From the NCBI GenBank assembly GCA_038121585.1, contig JAYONY010000003.1:25866-89865 (forward strand): DNA of 64,000 nucleotides, written 5' to 3'. Below are positions 1 to 9,874 of the stretch, one piece after another. This DNA is from an archaeon (GTDB lineage: Archaea > Nanobdellota > Nanobdellia > Pacearchaeales > GW2011-AR1). The position numbers and the translations under genes are program-made. Within the stretch, counting starts at the first letter, position 1. Each line of letters begins with the position of its first letter. The notes beneath the pieces were generated by a model. The model made no database searches. It was given only the letters and a program-made list of their open reading frames with translations, and was not told the DNA's origin.

Positions 1-177
1 CCTGCCTCTACAGCAGTCATATTCTTCCCAACTTCATTATACCCACCAATAGGGTGTATCGTGATGCTCATGCTAGTAATGGATACCCTCTTTTTCTTCT
101 GCTAGTACACATCATGAGTTTTTATAGCTTACCTGCAAGACACACTTCACAAACTATTTATACGCTCAAACGTTATT

Positions 178-1029
178 TTGATTATGCGCGTACACATCAA
201 TGTATTGTATGGGCTTATAGTGGTGTTACTAATGCTCAATATTGTTTCGTTTGTTAGCATGAGCTCACACGCTTCTCGCATCGTTTCAGACCAAGAACGT
301 TTGCGAGACGATCTTGATGACTATATTGCTGAAGTACGACAAGAAAATCAAGGGAATGTTAATGAAATTGTCAGAATTATTGCCCGTCAAAACGAAGCTA
401 TAGCACTACAACGAACTGACTTCACAACTGAAATTCAAGAATTACGAGTCTCACAAGACAGCGGTTTCTCAGAGGTTATCGCACCAGCTATTCAAAGCAC
501 TGTTAGTATTCGAACTGATAGATCAACAGGCACAGGTTTCTTTGTCACTCCTGACGGCTATATTATAACTAACAACCATGTCATTAACGGAGCAGACTTT
601 GTATTAGTAGAATTATATGATGATACAACACTCGAAGCTGAAATTATAGGTGTTGATACCGTAACTGATGTTGCACTCCTTAAAGTACCTGGAACATTCA
701 CGTATTTTGAACTCGCCAATTCAGACAGTGTTTCAATCGGTTCAGCAGTTATTGCAGTGGGCAACCCATTAGGGCTTGCATTCACCGTAACTGAAGGAAT
801 TGTTTCAGCAACAAACCGTCAAGGACCAAATGGCCTTTACTCCTATATTCAAACTGATGTTACACTTAACCCCGGAAATTCCGGAGGACCGCTCATAAAC
901 CGCGAAGGAGCCGTTATTGGCATTAATAATTTCAAAATTGGAGGTGCTGAAAGTCTTGGTTTTGCGCTTGAGAGCAATGTTGCACGAGAAATTGCAAATA
1001 GCCTCGCTGACCAAGAACTCGTTCCGTAA
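178..1029 (+). CDS. HtrA/DegP-like trypsin-family serine protease with an N-terminal TM anchor and no obvious PDZ domain
   Basis: N-terminal hydrophobic segment. Trypsin-fold motifs TNNHVI (His), DVALLKV (Asp) and GNSGGPL (Ser) are present. Confidence 0.75.
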   Translation: MIMRVHINVLYGLIVVLLMLNIVSFVSMSSHASRIVSDQERLRDDLDDYIAEVRQENQGNVNEIVRIIARQNEAIALQRTDFTTEIQELRVSQDSGFSEVIAPAIQSTVSIRTDRSTGTGFFVTPDGYIITNNHVINGADFVLVELYDDTTLEAEIIGVDTVTDVALLKVPGTFTYFELANSDSVSIGSAVIAVGNPLGLAFTVTEGIVSATNRQGPNGLYSYIQTDVTLNPGNSGGPLINREGAVIGINNFKIGGAESLGFALESNVAREIANSLADQELVP

Positions 1030-1304
1030 TGGTCTTAAAAACACGCCCTTCAGCACGATTGCATCGCCGATACTTACTCATTGAAGGATCTCGCAAAGCT
1101 ATTGAAGCAGCAATACTCGAGTATATTGGCACACTTGGTTGGGCGAAAGCAGCACCACTCTTTGTAAAGAAACATGCTGGAGCACACGTCCTTGCAATAC
1201 GACGAGAATCACTTGATGTTGTGCGCGGAGCGTTTGCTGTAACCGCAGATACCATTATCGTGAAAAAAGTGTCTGGCACGCTCAAAGGGCTTGGCGTACA
1301 ATGA
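1029..1304 (+). CDS. rnp2: RNase P protein component 2 (Pop5/Rnp2 family)
   Basis: RYLLIEG near the N-terminus and C-terminal VSGTLK resemble Pop5 RYIxFEI and SGTIK. Its TAATG overlap with the upstream gene and the psmA neighbourhood match the archaeal exosome superoperon. Confidence 0.55.
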   Translation: MVLKTRPSARLHRRYLLIEGSRKAIEAAILEYIGTLGWAKAAPLFVKKHAGAHVLAIRRESLDVVRGAFAVTADTIIVKKVSGTLKGLGVQ

Positions 1305-1687
1305 AAAAAACACACATTATTCTCTTAGCGGCGAGTATTGTAGTTGCAATAGTTGTTTTATTAGGATTTGGACTACTCAACCAAGACATCCCCCATGCAT
1401 GTACTGCCGATGCAAAGCTCTGTCCTGATGGAAGCTCAGTTGGACGTGATCCAGACAATAACTGCTCATTTTATCCCTGTCCTGAAGATGATATAGTGTA
1501 CTGTCAACCAGACGAACGCAACGTTGGAGCATGTATTGAAATATACCAACCAGTATGCGGCTATTTTGACCCTGAAGAAATCGTGTGTGTAACCGCACCA
1601 TGTGCCGTAACCTTCTCAAACAGTTGCTTTGCGTGTGACGATCCAACCATACTCTACTATACCCAAGGAGAATGCGAATTTGCATGA
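1301..1687 (+). CDS. small Cys-rich membrane-anchored or secreted protein with a Kazal-like inhibitor motif
   Basis: N-terminal TM/signal segment and many Cys residues. The C-terminal PVCGYFD...TFSNSCFAC resembles Kazal VCGsDgxTYxNxCxxC. Confidence 0.4.
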   Translation: MKKTHIILLAASIVVAIVVLLGFGLLNQDIPHACTADAKLCPDGSSVGRDPDNNCSFYPCPEDDIVYCQPDERNVGACIEIYQPVCGYFDPEEIVCVTAPCAVTFSNSCFACDDPTILYYTQGECEFA

Positions 1688-1874
1688 AGTTGCACAATGT
1701 TTAAATACAAAGCACATTTGAGGAAAGTATTCTAAACGAGTCGTGTAATATGGAAACATAAAAATCTTCGATTTTTAGCATCCATTTTTGCACGAGAGGA
1801 AAAAAACACCAAAATGGAAACAAAGACAATGAAACATTCTCAAGCCTCCATCTTACAAGGAGGAAGCCAGTAAA

Positions 1875-2600
1875 ATGGAGATGCCAACAGAAATGCAGCA
1901 CCAGGCGATGGGATACGACCGCGCCGCAACAATGTTTTCCCCAGACGGGTTACTTCTGCAAGTAGAATATGCTGAGAAAGCAGTTCGCCTTGGAAGCAGC
2001 AGTGTAGGGCTCGTATGTAAGGATGGCGTTGTAGTTGTTGCTGACCGACGAATCAGAGATAAACTCATCGCTCCTGAGTCAGCTAATAAGATTTTTGAAA
2101 TTGATGAACACATTATTGCAACCGCAGCAGGCATCACTTCAGACGCTCGAATCCTTGTTGACAATGCACAAGTACTCGCACAACAACACCGCGTAACCTA
2201 TGATTCGCCAGTTCAGCCAGTCGATGTAATCCGAATGCTTGCAGATAAGAAACAAATGGCAACACAATACGGAGGCATGCGACCGTTTGGCATTGCACTC
2301 ATGCTAGCAGGCGTTAACGGAGGACAACCACACCTGTATGCTACTGATGTTACAGGAGGCTACCTAGCATATCGTGCTAATGCGATTGGAGAAAACGATG
2401 AGCAGATTAAGGAAAAACTCCGTAGCGACTTCAAAGACTCAATGACTGTCGATCAAGGAATAGCCTTTATCTTTGGCATTTTCAAAGAAATACTTGAAAA
2501 AAACTTTGATGTTAATCGATTTGACGTCGGCTACATCTTAAAAGAAGATCACAAACTCGTGAGAATGCACGGCGAAGCTTTGAAAAAGTATGTTAAGTAA
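1875..2600 (+). CDS. psmA: proteasome alpha subunit
   Basis: The N-terminus has YDRAATMFSPDGLLLQVEYA, the alpha-subunit signature. Length is 241 aa. Confidence 0.9.
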   Translation: MEMPTEMQHQAMGYDRAATMFSPDGLLLQVEYAEKAVRLGSSSVGLVCKDGVVVVADRRIRDKLIAPESANKIFEIDEHIIATAAGITSDARILVDNAQVLAQQHRVTYDSPVQPVDVIRMLADKKQMATQYGGMRPFGIALMLAGVNGGQPHLYATDVTGGYLAYRANAIGENDEQIKEKLRSDFKDSMTVDQGIAFIFGIFKEILEKNFDVNRFDVGYILKEDHKLVRMHGEALKKYVK

Positions 2601-2880
2601 TTTCTGAATACGAATCAATACGTTTTAATACCTTATTTATCGACGATAATCTATGCAAAACGGCACAAACTACTATCATATTCCAAATACTCCTTTTCAT
2701 TTCCTTGGATGGTCTAAAGAAGAGATTATTGCGACTGCGAAGATTGTTCTAGCAGAAAACAAATCCTTACGTGATAAAGCAGTAGTGCCATAACCTTCAG
2801 AGATAGAAAAAAGGGCTGATTCAAAAATTGTTTCAGCACTCCCATCATATAAGACGGGCCAATTTCTTGAGGCGAAAATT

Positions 2881-3138
2881 TTGGATGATGCCACTATGAA
2901 AGTTAACGCGAATGCATTTGATTATGTACGTAAAACAGTACAACACCCCCTTCGCCTTAGAATTGGATTTCACCACCTTTTTGATTCTGGAGCAACCGGT
3001 ACATGGTATCTGGGCAATGAAGTTATGCAAGCTGCCAAAGCGTATAACTGGAACCAACACACCTCCCAAGTTGACCAGTGGTTAGGCTCAAGAGAACAAA
3101 TACTTGATAGTCTTAACGACTATTTTCATCGAGAGTAA
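2881..3138 (+). CDS. hypothetical small protein
   Basis: ORF sits in the gap between psmA and sbds. No recognisable motif. Confidence 0.25.
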   Translation: MDDATMKVNANAFDYVRKTVQHPLRLRIGFHHLFDSGATGTWYLGNEVMQAAKAYNWNQHTSQVDQWLGSREQILDSLNDYFHRE

Positions 3139-3170
3139 TCGAGTGCAGATACTTTTATAAAAAAGCTTTT

Positions 3171-3857
3171 TTGATATATACCATGCCTAATGTTGAAGCA
3201 CGCATTAAAGTGAAAGGAAAACAATATGAAATTTCCGTTGATGTAGATGAAGCCTTGAAGCTTAAGAAAGGTGATGGTGACATCACTGCAGCACTTAATT
3301 CTACTGCAGTATACTACGATTTACGCAAAGGGACAACCGTTTCTAATGATGACCTAATGGAAGCGTTTGGAACCACTGACATATACGAAATTGGGACTAA
3401 GATTATCAAAGATGGAGAAGTACAAAAGCCACAAGAATATCGTGATGCTGAACGAGAAGCTAAAATTAAGCAAGTTGTGGACCTTATAGTTCGTAATGCT
3501 GTTGACCAGAACGGTAATCCGTACACCGAAGAACGAATTAAGCGAGCGATTGATGAAGTGCACTATAACTTCGATAAACGCGCTCCTGAAGCACAAATGA
3601 ATGAAGTAGTCCACAAACTCAAAGAAATCTTACCGATTAAGATCGATACTAAACGCCTTAAATTGACAGTTCCAGCACAATACACTGGCCAAGCGTATGG
3701 CCTCTTTAAAGACTACAAAGAAAAAGAAGAATGGCTCCCTAATGGAGATTTACAAGTGATTATTAGCATTCCAGCAGGCCTTCAGATTGATTTCTTTGAA
3801 AAAATTAATGCTGTAGCACATGGCGCTATCCAATCTGAAGAGCTCTCAACAGAGTAG
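3171..3857 (+). CDS. sbds: SBDS/Sdo1 family ribosome maturation protein
   Basis: Length and N-terminal FYSH-like region fit the family, as does its position in the exosome superoperon. Confidence 0.8.
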   Translation: MIYTMPNVEARIKVKGKQYEISVDVDEALKLKKGDGDITAALNSTAVYYDLRKGTTVSNDDLMEAFGTTDIYEIGTKIIKDGEVQKPQEYRDAEREAKIKQVVDLIVRNAVDQNGNPYTEERIKRAIDEVHYNFDKRAPEAQMNEVVHKLKEILPIKIDTKRLKLTVPAQYTGQAYGLFKDYKEKEEWLPNGDLQVIISIPAGLQIDFFEKINAVAHGAIQSEELSTE

Positions 3858-3889
3858 TTATCGATGGCAACATTTTTTTTTTGACCCAT

Positions 3890-3960
3890 CTAGTTTAGTA
3901 ATTAGTTAATTAGTGTATTTTATTTAGTAAAGTAATTAACTAATTAACCAAAAAATTTAA
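3890..3960. terminator. AT-rich inverted repeat (TTAATTAGTTAATTA / TAATTAACTAATTAA) after a T10 run; putative terminator or regulatory hairpin
   Basis: A T-run at ~3877-3887 is followed by two near-palindromic 15-nt arms about 25 nt apart. Confidence 0.35.
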
Positions 3961-4044
3961 ATAGGCTAACGCATACAGAACAATAGAATTTGGGGTGTCA
4001 TGCTGAATTCTACAACAATACAAAAAAAGAGGTACAAAGGAGGA

Positions 4045-4851
4045 ATGATAACTTTGAAAAAGACAACTAACAGACTAGCGCTATTTGGGCTAGGTTTTTT
4101 CATGGTTCTTGCAATGTTCATGGTTTTTGCATCAGCACAACTAAACGGGGCTTCAGTAAGCGAAGTTAGAACTGAACGGGCGCAAAATGCATCACCAACA
4201 ACTGACGGTGCATATGCCGGAAACGTAACAGAACTAACGATTACTGGAACTTCCACCACACAATCCTGGCAAGGTTACTTTGGTAATGTTTCAGGAGCAA
4301 TTGAACTTGCAGATTCCTCAGGAAATGCGCTGTACAACTGGTCACTTGCAAATCCAAGTGGAGAAGTATACGCTTCAGTGAACGGGAGTATTACCTGGTC
4401 AAACATCCAGTGTTTCAACTTCACCGCAAGTGAAGCTGGAGGGGACGAGTCAGGTAACGGAGGAACTACGAATGCTCAAGGAATTAATGTTACAACACTT
4501 GAGACTCGATACGGCCTTGGTTCAACAGATACCGACGGAGTAGATGAAACATTTTCACTAGTTGGTTCAGTTCACGACGCATTTTTCACCGCAAGTCAAT
4601 CATTTAGCGCCGGGGAATGTCCAAGTACAGCATTATACGACAGTACTGGAGCAGGAGTTGATGGAAACTTTGAAGAAGCACTCTTGTACGAACCAGCTAC
4701 AGGAGCAGTAGTTTTCGCATCACTACTTGAGTCAGGAAGCGTGAATGGGTTTGATGGCTCAGACTATGACTTCGAAATGCTAGTACTTGAAGATGGCCAC
4801 TCAGGAGACGTGTCCACTACGACGTACTACTTCTTCGTAGAACTCGAATAA
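4045..4851 (+). CDS. secreted or membrane-anchored protein with many N-glycosylation sequons
   Basis: AGGAGG lies upstream of the ATG at 4045. N-terminal hydrophobic segment; at least 8 N-x-S/T sequons; no catalytic motif. It sits between sbds and rrp4. Confidence 0.5.
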   Translation: MITLKKTTNRLALFGLGFFMVLAMFMVFASAQLNGASVSEVRTERAQNASPTTDGAYAGNVTELTITGTSTTQSWQGYFGNVSGAIELADSSGNALYNWSLANPSGEVYASVNGSITWSNIQCFNFTASEAGGDESGNGGTTNAQGINVTTLETRYGLGSTDTDGVDETFSLVGSVHDAFFTASQSFSAGECPSTALYDSTGAGVDGNFEEALLYEPATGAVVFASLLESGSVNGFDGSDYDFEMLVLEDGHSGDVSTTTYYFFVELE

Positions 4852-4986
4852 ATTTAGATTTTTATTTTTTATAACCCTTTTTTCTTTTTATTTACCAAAA
4901 CTTTTAAAAAGCCCATCAAATTGGGAAGAGCGTACATAGAGAGAAGCAAACAATTATGATTACGCTTCAAAAGTACTGATTACGCA

Positions 4987-5706
4987 ATGAAAAACGAAAT
5001 TAACGAAGCACACGATAGCGCACCAGAAAGCGCACAGACACCTTCTAAAGAACGACGAATAGTCGTACCTGGCGAAATTATTGTTACAGGCGATGATTAC
5101 CTTCCTGGCGACGGCGTTGTTCGAGAAGGAGAAAAAATAGTGGCTCACCGGTACGGACTTGGAGAAGTAGTTGGTCGAGTCGTAAAGATTATTCCCTTGT
5201 CAGGAGCATTTGTACCACGACGAAATAATGTTGTACTAGGCCGCGTTGTAGACCTTACGCACAACGGCTGGTTAATTGATATTGATGCTGCAAGCAACGC
5301 ATTCCTCCCAATCGCTGAATCACCACGATTTATCAATAAGCATGAAATGGACCAATTCCTCGCAATTGGAGACATGGTAGCTGCTAAAATCTGGTCAGAA
5401 AGCGGCCGAGGAATAGACCTTAGCATGAAAGGAAAAGGCCTGGGTAAGCTTGAAGGCGGATTTGCATTTAGAATTAACCCAAGCAGAGTACCTCGCATTA
5501 TCGGACGCGAAGGAAGCATGATTAACCTTATTAAGGAACGAACAGGCTGTACAATCACTGTTGGCCAGAATGGTTGGGTTTGGGTACGAGGAGAAACACT
5601 AGACAAAGAAATACTCGCACGCAATGTTATCACCTTTGTGGCTGATAAAGTATATGTTGATGGATTAACAGACAAGGTAGAAGCCTGGTTTGAGGAGCAC
5701 AAATAA
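4987..5706 (+). CDS. rrp4: exosome complex RNA-binding subunit Rrp4 (S1 + KH)
   Basis: S1-like segment followed by a KH motif IIGREGSMINLIKERTGCTI. Followed by rrp41 and rrp42. Confidence 0.85.
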   Translation: MKNEINEAHDSAPESAQTPSKERRIVVPGEIIVTGDDYLPGDGVVREGEKIVAHRYGLGEVVGRVVKIIPLSGAFVPRRNNVVLGRVVDLTHNGWLIDIDAASNAFLPIAESPRFINKHEMDQFLAIGDMVAAKIWSESGRGIDLSMKGKGLGKLEGGFAFRINPSRVPRIIGREGSMINLIKERTGCTITVGQNGWVWVRGETLDKEILARNVITFVADKVYVDGLTDKVEAWFEEHK

Positions 5707-6407
5707 TGGTACAACGAACAGACGGTCGGAAAGCAGATGAACTACGCCCAGTAACAGCACAAGTAGGCGTAGTGCCAAATGCAGACGGATCAGCACTTTT
5801 CACACTTGGAAAAACAGTAGCTATTGCAGCAGTATACGGTCCTCGAGAACTCCACCCGCGAAACCAACAAGATCCTGCAACCGGCATCCTACGAGTTAAT
5901 TACGATCTATTAAGCTTTTCAGTAGCTGACAGAAAGCGACCGGGACCATCACGACGAAGTAAAGAAATTTCAAAAGTAACTGAATGGGCACTTACCCCTG
6001 CAGTTAAGATTGAAGAATTCAAGAACACAGTTATTGACGTACAGATTTATATTCTACAGGCAGATGCTAGTACGCGAACAGCAGGCATCAATGCTGCATC
6101 AATGGCACTAGCACATGCAGGCATCCCAATGCGTGACCTTGTAACAAGTGTTGCAATCGGTAAAATGGATAAAGACTTAGTTGTTGATGTTACAAAAGAA
6201 GAAGAAGACTATCACGAAGGAGAAGGAGCAACTGACTTTGCAATGGCAAAAATTGCTAACTCAGACGAATACACACTCCTACAACTCGACGGTAAAATTC
6301 AACCTGAAAAAATTAATGAAGCAGTGAAAATGGCAGATAAAGCATGTGCAGACCTCTATGAAATACAATCTAAAGCGCTTAAAGCAGTTGTGGAGGAAGG
6401 AAAATGA
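5706..6407 (+). CDS. rrp41: exosome complex exonuclease Rrp41 (RNase PH-like)
   Basis: RTDGRKADELRP...GSALF N-terminus is typical of RNase PH domain 1. ATGA overlap with rrp4. Confidence 0.85.
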   Translation: MVQRTDGRKADELRPVTAQVGVVPNADGSALFTLGKTVAIAAVYGPRELHPRNQQDPATGILRVNYDLLSFSVADRKRPGPSRRSKEISKVTEWALTPAVKIEEFKNTVIDVQIYILQADASTRTAGINAASMALAHAGIPMRDLVTSVAIGKMDKDLVVDVTKEEEDYHEGEGATDFAMAKIANSDEYTLLQLDGKIQPEKINEAVKMADKACADLYEIQSKALKAVVEEGK

Positions 6408-7240
6408 GCTCAATGAATATTTCAAACCTAACACGTGATATGATGCGAAAAATGTTCGCAGAAGGAAAGCGATTTGACGGACGAGGACTTACAGACCTTG
6501 ATGATTTCAGCGTAGAATACAAAGTAAGTAACAAAGCAGAAGGATCAGCACGCGTACGCCTTGGGAAAACAGACGTTATCGCAGGTGTGAAAATGGAACT
6601 TGGAACACCCTACTCCGACAGCCCTAACAAAGGAAACCTCATGGTATCAGGCGATTTATTGCCTTTAGCATCCCCACGATACGAACACGGACCACCCAAG
6701 TTTGATGCTATAGAACTACCACGACTTATTGATCGAGCAATTCGAGAGTGCGGGCTCATTGACTTTGAAAAACTCTGCGTAGAACCAGGAGAAAAAGTTT
6801 GGACGATAATCGTAGACATTTACCCACTTAATGATGATGGAGCAGTTATTGATGCGGCAAGTATTGCAACAATCGCAGCACTTCGAAACGCTAGAATACC
6901 AGGCATTAAAGAAAGCGGAGCAGTCGATTATGAAAACATGACAGACCAGAAGCTACCACTCCACCCAGACGTGAACCCTATATCATTCACTTTCTATAAA
7001 CTTGATAATTCCCTCTACCTCCACCCAACACGAGAAGAAGAAGAAGCAGCAGAAGCAAAAGTTGTTTGGGGAATTAGCAAATGGCATGATGGCCAGTACA
7101 TGATTAACTCCTGTCAGAAAGGCCTCATTACACCGTTTAGTGCTGAAGAGGTAGCTACCATGATGAAACTCATTACTGAGCGATACGATCAGCTCCTAAA
7201 GAAACTTGATGTATACCTTAAGGAGGGTTCTTCAGGCTGA
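6404..7240 (+). CDS. rrp42: exosome complex subunit Rrp42 (RNase PH-like, inactive)
   Basis: RNase PH-like fold motifs. Operon order rrp4-rrp41-rrp42 with overlapping stop/start. Confidence 0.8.
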   Translation: MSSMNISNLTRDMMRKMFAEGKRFDGRGLTDLDDFSVEYKVSNKAEGSARVRLGKTDVIAGVKMELGTPYSDSPNKGNLMVSGDLLPLASPRYEHGPPKFDAIELPRLIDRAIRECGLIDFEKLCVEPGEKVWTIIVDIYPLNDDGAVIDAASIATIAALRNARIPGIKESGAVDYENMTDQKLPLHPDVNPISFTFYKLDNSLYLHPTREEEEAAEAKVVWGISKWHDGQYMINSCQKGLITPFSAEEVATMMKLITERYDQLLKKLDVYLKEGSSG

Positions 7241-7310
7241 TCAAGAATGCCATTGTCACCATTCTCGACATAATGGCAAAGCTTAAGAAGGATCTTGAGT
7301 AATCACCACT

Positions 7311-7697
7311 ATGACTCAGAAACACCAATTTACCCAATACGAAGTTGCACGCATTATTGGAGCGCGAGCGTTACAAATCGCAATGGACGCACCACTCCTC
7401 ATGGACATTCCTAAAGATGAACTTGAAACAATGCACTATGATGCTATACGCATTGCAGAGAAAGAATTCAAGTCAGGCGTACTACCAATCTCCGTTAATC
7501 GACCACTACCTGGCAAGAAACACGATAAGCTTGAAGCAGTAAAGGAAGACAAGATTGATGACGCAAAAATAATCGCGAAAGAACGAGAAATCGAGCGAGA
7601 AATCAGTGAGAAAGCTGAAGAAATGGGCTTTGCATCAGAAGATGAAGGTGATGAAGCACGAGCTAAAGCATCAGAAGCAGAAGAGAAAAATCTTTAG
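7311..7697 (+). CDS. rpoK: DNA-directed RNA polymerase subunit K (Rpo6) with an acidic/Lys-rich C-terminal extension
   Basis: EVARIIGARALQI...PLLMD is the Rpb6/RpoK signature. It lies upstream of eno-rps2, as in other archaea. Confidence 0.8.
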   Translation: MTQKHQFTQYEVARIIGARALQIAMDAPLLMDIPKDELETMHYDAIRIAEKEFKSGVLPISVNRPLPGKKHDKLEAVKEDKIDDAKIIAKEREIEREISEKAEEMGFASEDEGDEARAKASEAEEKNL

Positions 7698-7742
7698 GTT
7701 TCTATATAAAAACTTATAAATGAGACACTTTTTTATTCGCAA

Positions 7743-8549
7743 ATGCGAGAGAGCCAAAAGTTAAGTCATGAGAAAAAAGTTCATGAGGACTATTATACTA
7801 CTGATCAAAACACACATTCTATGAGGTATCAATGGTACGTTAAGAAATTCTTTATGAATGTTCATTCTAAAAAAATTTTAGAAATTGGCTGTGGTGATGG
7901 AGGAGTGATTAATTTTTTAAAAGAAACTAATGAAGTACACTCAGTTGATATCTCTGCAAGTGCGGTCTCACAACTAAAGAAAAAAGGGATTCCTGCAAAA
8001 CAAGTAGACATTAGCAATGAATCACTACCCTACAAAAAAGCAACATTTGACTATGTTATAATCCTTGAAACCCTTGAACATCTTAAATCCCCCCATCACG
8101 CAATTGAGGAGATTCAAAGAGTCCTAAAAGAACGAGGAATGATGATTTGTTCAGTACCTAACCCCCGAACAGAACACCCCCTTATGTATCCTGCATTATT
8201 TACGTTTAAAAATTTTAAAAAGTACCTTGAGAACAGCGGATTTACTATTCAAACTGCAACAACGTATGGCATTTGCCCACCAATGTGGAGAGTGCTTAGA
8301 CATCGAATCACAAAAAACTGGAAAGCAGAAAAAAACAAAATTGCACCCATAACCGACTTAAAAAAAGAAGCATCACAACCCCTCCCCCTACTAACAAGAA
8401 TTGCAAGAATTGCATCAACCGATGCATTCAGCATGATAAAACCTACTTTTCTAGGCTGGAGCTTTGTATATGCAGGTATTAATTCAGACGCTCATGGAGC
8501 AAAAAAGCTCTATGAAACAATAGCAAATGAGACAAAAGGAGCATACTAG
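7743..8549 (+). CDS. class I SAM-dependent methyltransferase
   Basis: ILEIGCGDGG (motif I) and an acidic residue after beta-2 (VHSVDIS). Confidence 0.7.
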   Translation: MRESQKLSHEKKVHEDYYTTDQNTHSMRYQWYVKKFFMNVHSKKILEIGCGDGGVINFLKETNEVHSVDISASAVSQLKKKGIPAKQVDISNESLPYKKATFDYVIILETLEHLKSPHHAIEEIQRVLKERGMMICSVPNPRTEHPLMYPALFTFKNFKKYLENSGFTIQTATTYGICPPMWRVLRHRITKNWKAEKNKIAPITDLKKEASQPLPLLTRIARIASTDAFSMIKPTFLGWSFVYAGINSDAHGAKKLYETIANETKGAY

Positions 8550-8599
8550 CCAAACCCCTACATTGTAAGCTTTATTAATTCTGTAATCTACAACTAGTA

Positions 8600-9760
8600 A
8601 TGATACTCAAAAAAGTGGTTGCGCGTGTTGTCAAAGACTCACGTGGACGAGATACGATTGGCGTTCGCGTCAATAATGGCCCAGAAGCAAGCGCTCCTGC
8701 AGGATCATCAGTCAGCGGATTTGCAAGCCCCTTGTGGTATGGATCACTTAAAGAAAGCAGTATGATACTGAATACATGGGACCTGCCACTAACGATTAAT
8801 TCATTTAGCGATCTTACAAAGCTTGAAGCGACACTCATCGCACAACATAAACTCAAACGAATCGAAGATTTTGGAGCAAATGTTTTGATGGCATTTGAAG
8901 GAGCAGTACTCAAAGCACTAGCTAAAGAACAAAAAAAATCTGTTTGGGAACTAATTAATCCGCGAGCTAGAAAAATGCCACGCCCCGTAGGCAACGTAGC
9001 AGGAGGCGGGTTACACACAGACTCACGAGGGGTTGTACCTGACTTTCAAGAATTCTTAATCATCCCACGAGAGAAAACATTTCGCGCAAATGTGAGTGCA
9101 ATGCAAGCAATTCATCGTAAACTCAAAAACTATTCGACAAAAATCATAAATGATGAAGGAGCATGGATAATCCCCATGCGAGAAGACCACCTCCTAGATC
9201 TTCTTGCACACATGGTACACCGCCACGATTTTGATTGTGACTTAGGACTTGATGTTGCAGCAAACTCATTGTATGAAGACGGTAAATACTACTACAGTAC
9301 CAAACATCTGCGACGGACACAACACGCAAAACAACTTCTTGCAATGACCTACAAGTACAATCTGCATTACGTAGAAGACCCCCTGCAAGAAAGAGATATG
9401 AAAGGATTTGCAACATTTACAAAAAACGCTCCTAAAAAAACACTAATCGTCGGTGATGATTTAATCGCCACACAACCCGAACGACTTGCGAAAGCAATAG
9501 CGTACAAAGCAATCAATGCAATCATTGTTAAACCAAATCAGCACGGTTCACTCTTGACCGTGCGCGAAATAATAAAATTGTGTAAAAAGAATGGCATCAA
9601 AACAATCATGTCACACCGTTCAGGCGAAACACTTGACAACGTACTAGCAGACTACGCATTTGGGATGGGAGTCGACTACGTTAAATTCGGAGTTGCTACA
9701 AAATGGCGAACAGCGAAGCTGAATCGCATGGTGGCGATTGAGCGATCGCTTAAGAAATAA
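8600..9760 (+). CDS. eno: enolase
   Basis: C-terminal SHRSGETLD, VKPNQHG and VGDDL match enolase, as does GGGLHTD...DFQEFLIIP. Conserved rpoK-eno-rps2 context. Confidence 0.8.
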   Translation: MILKKVVARVVKDSRGRDTIGVRVNNGPEASAPAGSSVSGFASPLWYGSLKESSMILNTWDLPLTINSFSDLTKLEATLIAQHKLKRIEDFGANVLMAFEGAVLKALAKEQKKSVWELINPRARKMPRPVGNVAGGGLHTDSRGVVPDFQEFLIIPREKTFRANVSAMQAIHRKLKNYSTKIINDEGAWIIPMREDHLLDLLAHMVHRHDFDCDLGLDVAANSLYEDGKYYYSTKHLRRTQHAKQLLAMTYKYNLHYVEDPLQERDMKGFATFTKNAPKKTLIVGDDLIATQPERLAKAIAYKAINAIIVKPNQHGSLLTVREIIKLCKKNGIKTIMSHRSGETLDNVLADYAFGMGVDYVKFGVATKWRTAKLNRMVAIERSLKK

Positions 9761-9874
9761 TAACCTTTAAATACAGACGATTTATCGATATCCTAATGAT
9801 CTACCCTCGAGGTAGTGGTTTGCAGGTACCGGCTGAAACAACCCCGGATTCACCCCTGCGCTTATTATAATACA

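Noticed and set aside
932-1315. 127-aa minus-strand ORF
   Set aside because: Antisense to the HtrA end and to pop5. No motif.
4000-4044. Upstream in-frame ATG at 4000 for the secreted glycoprotein
   Set aside because: The ATG at 4045 is preceded by AGGAGG and is immediately followed by the hydrophobic signal. The longer start adds a non-hydrophobic leader.
5145-5887. 189-aa and 85-aa minus-strand ORFs
   Set aside because: Antisense to rrp4 and rrp41. No motifs. Shadow ORFs.
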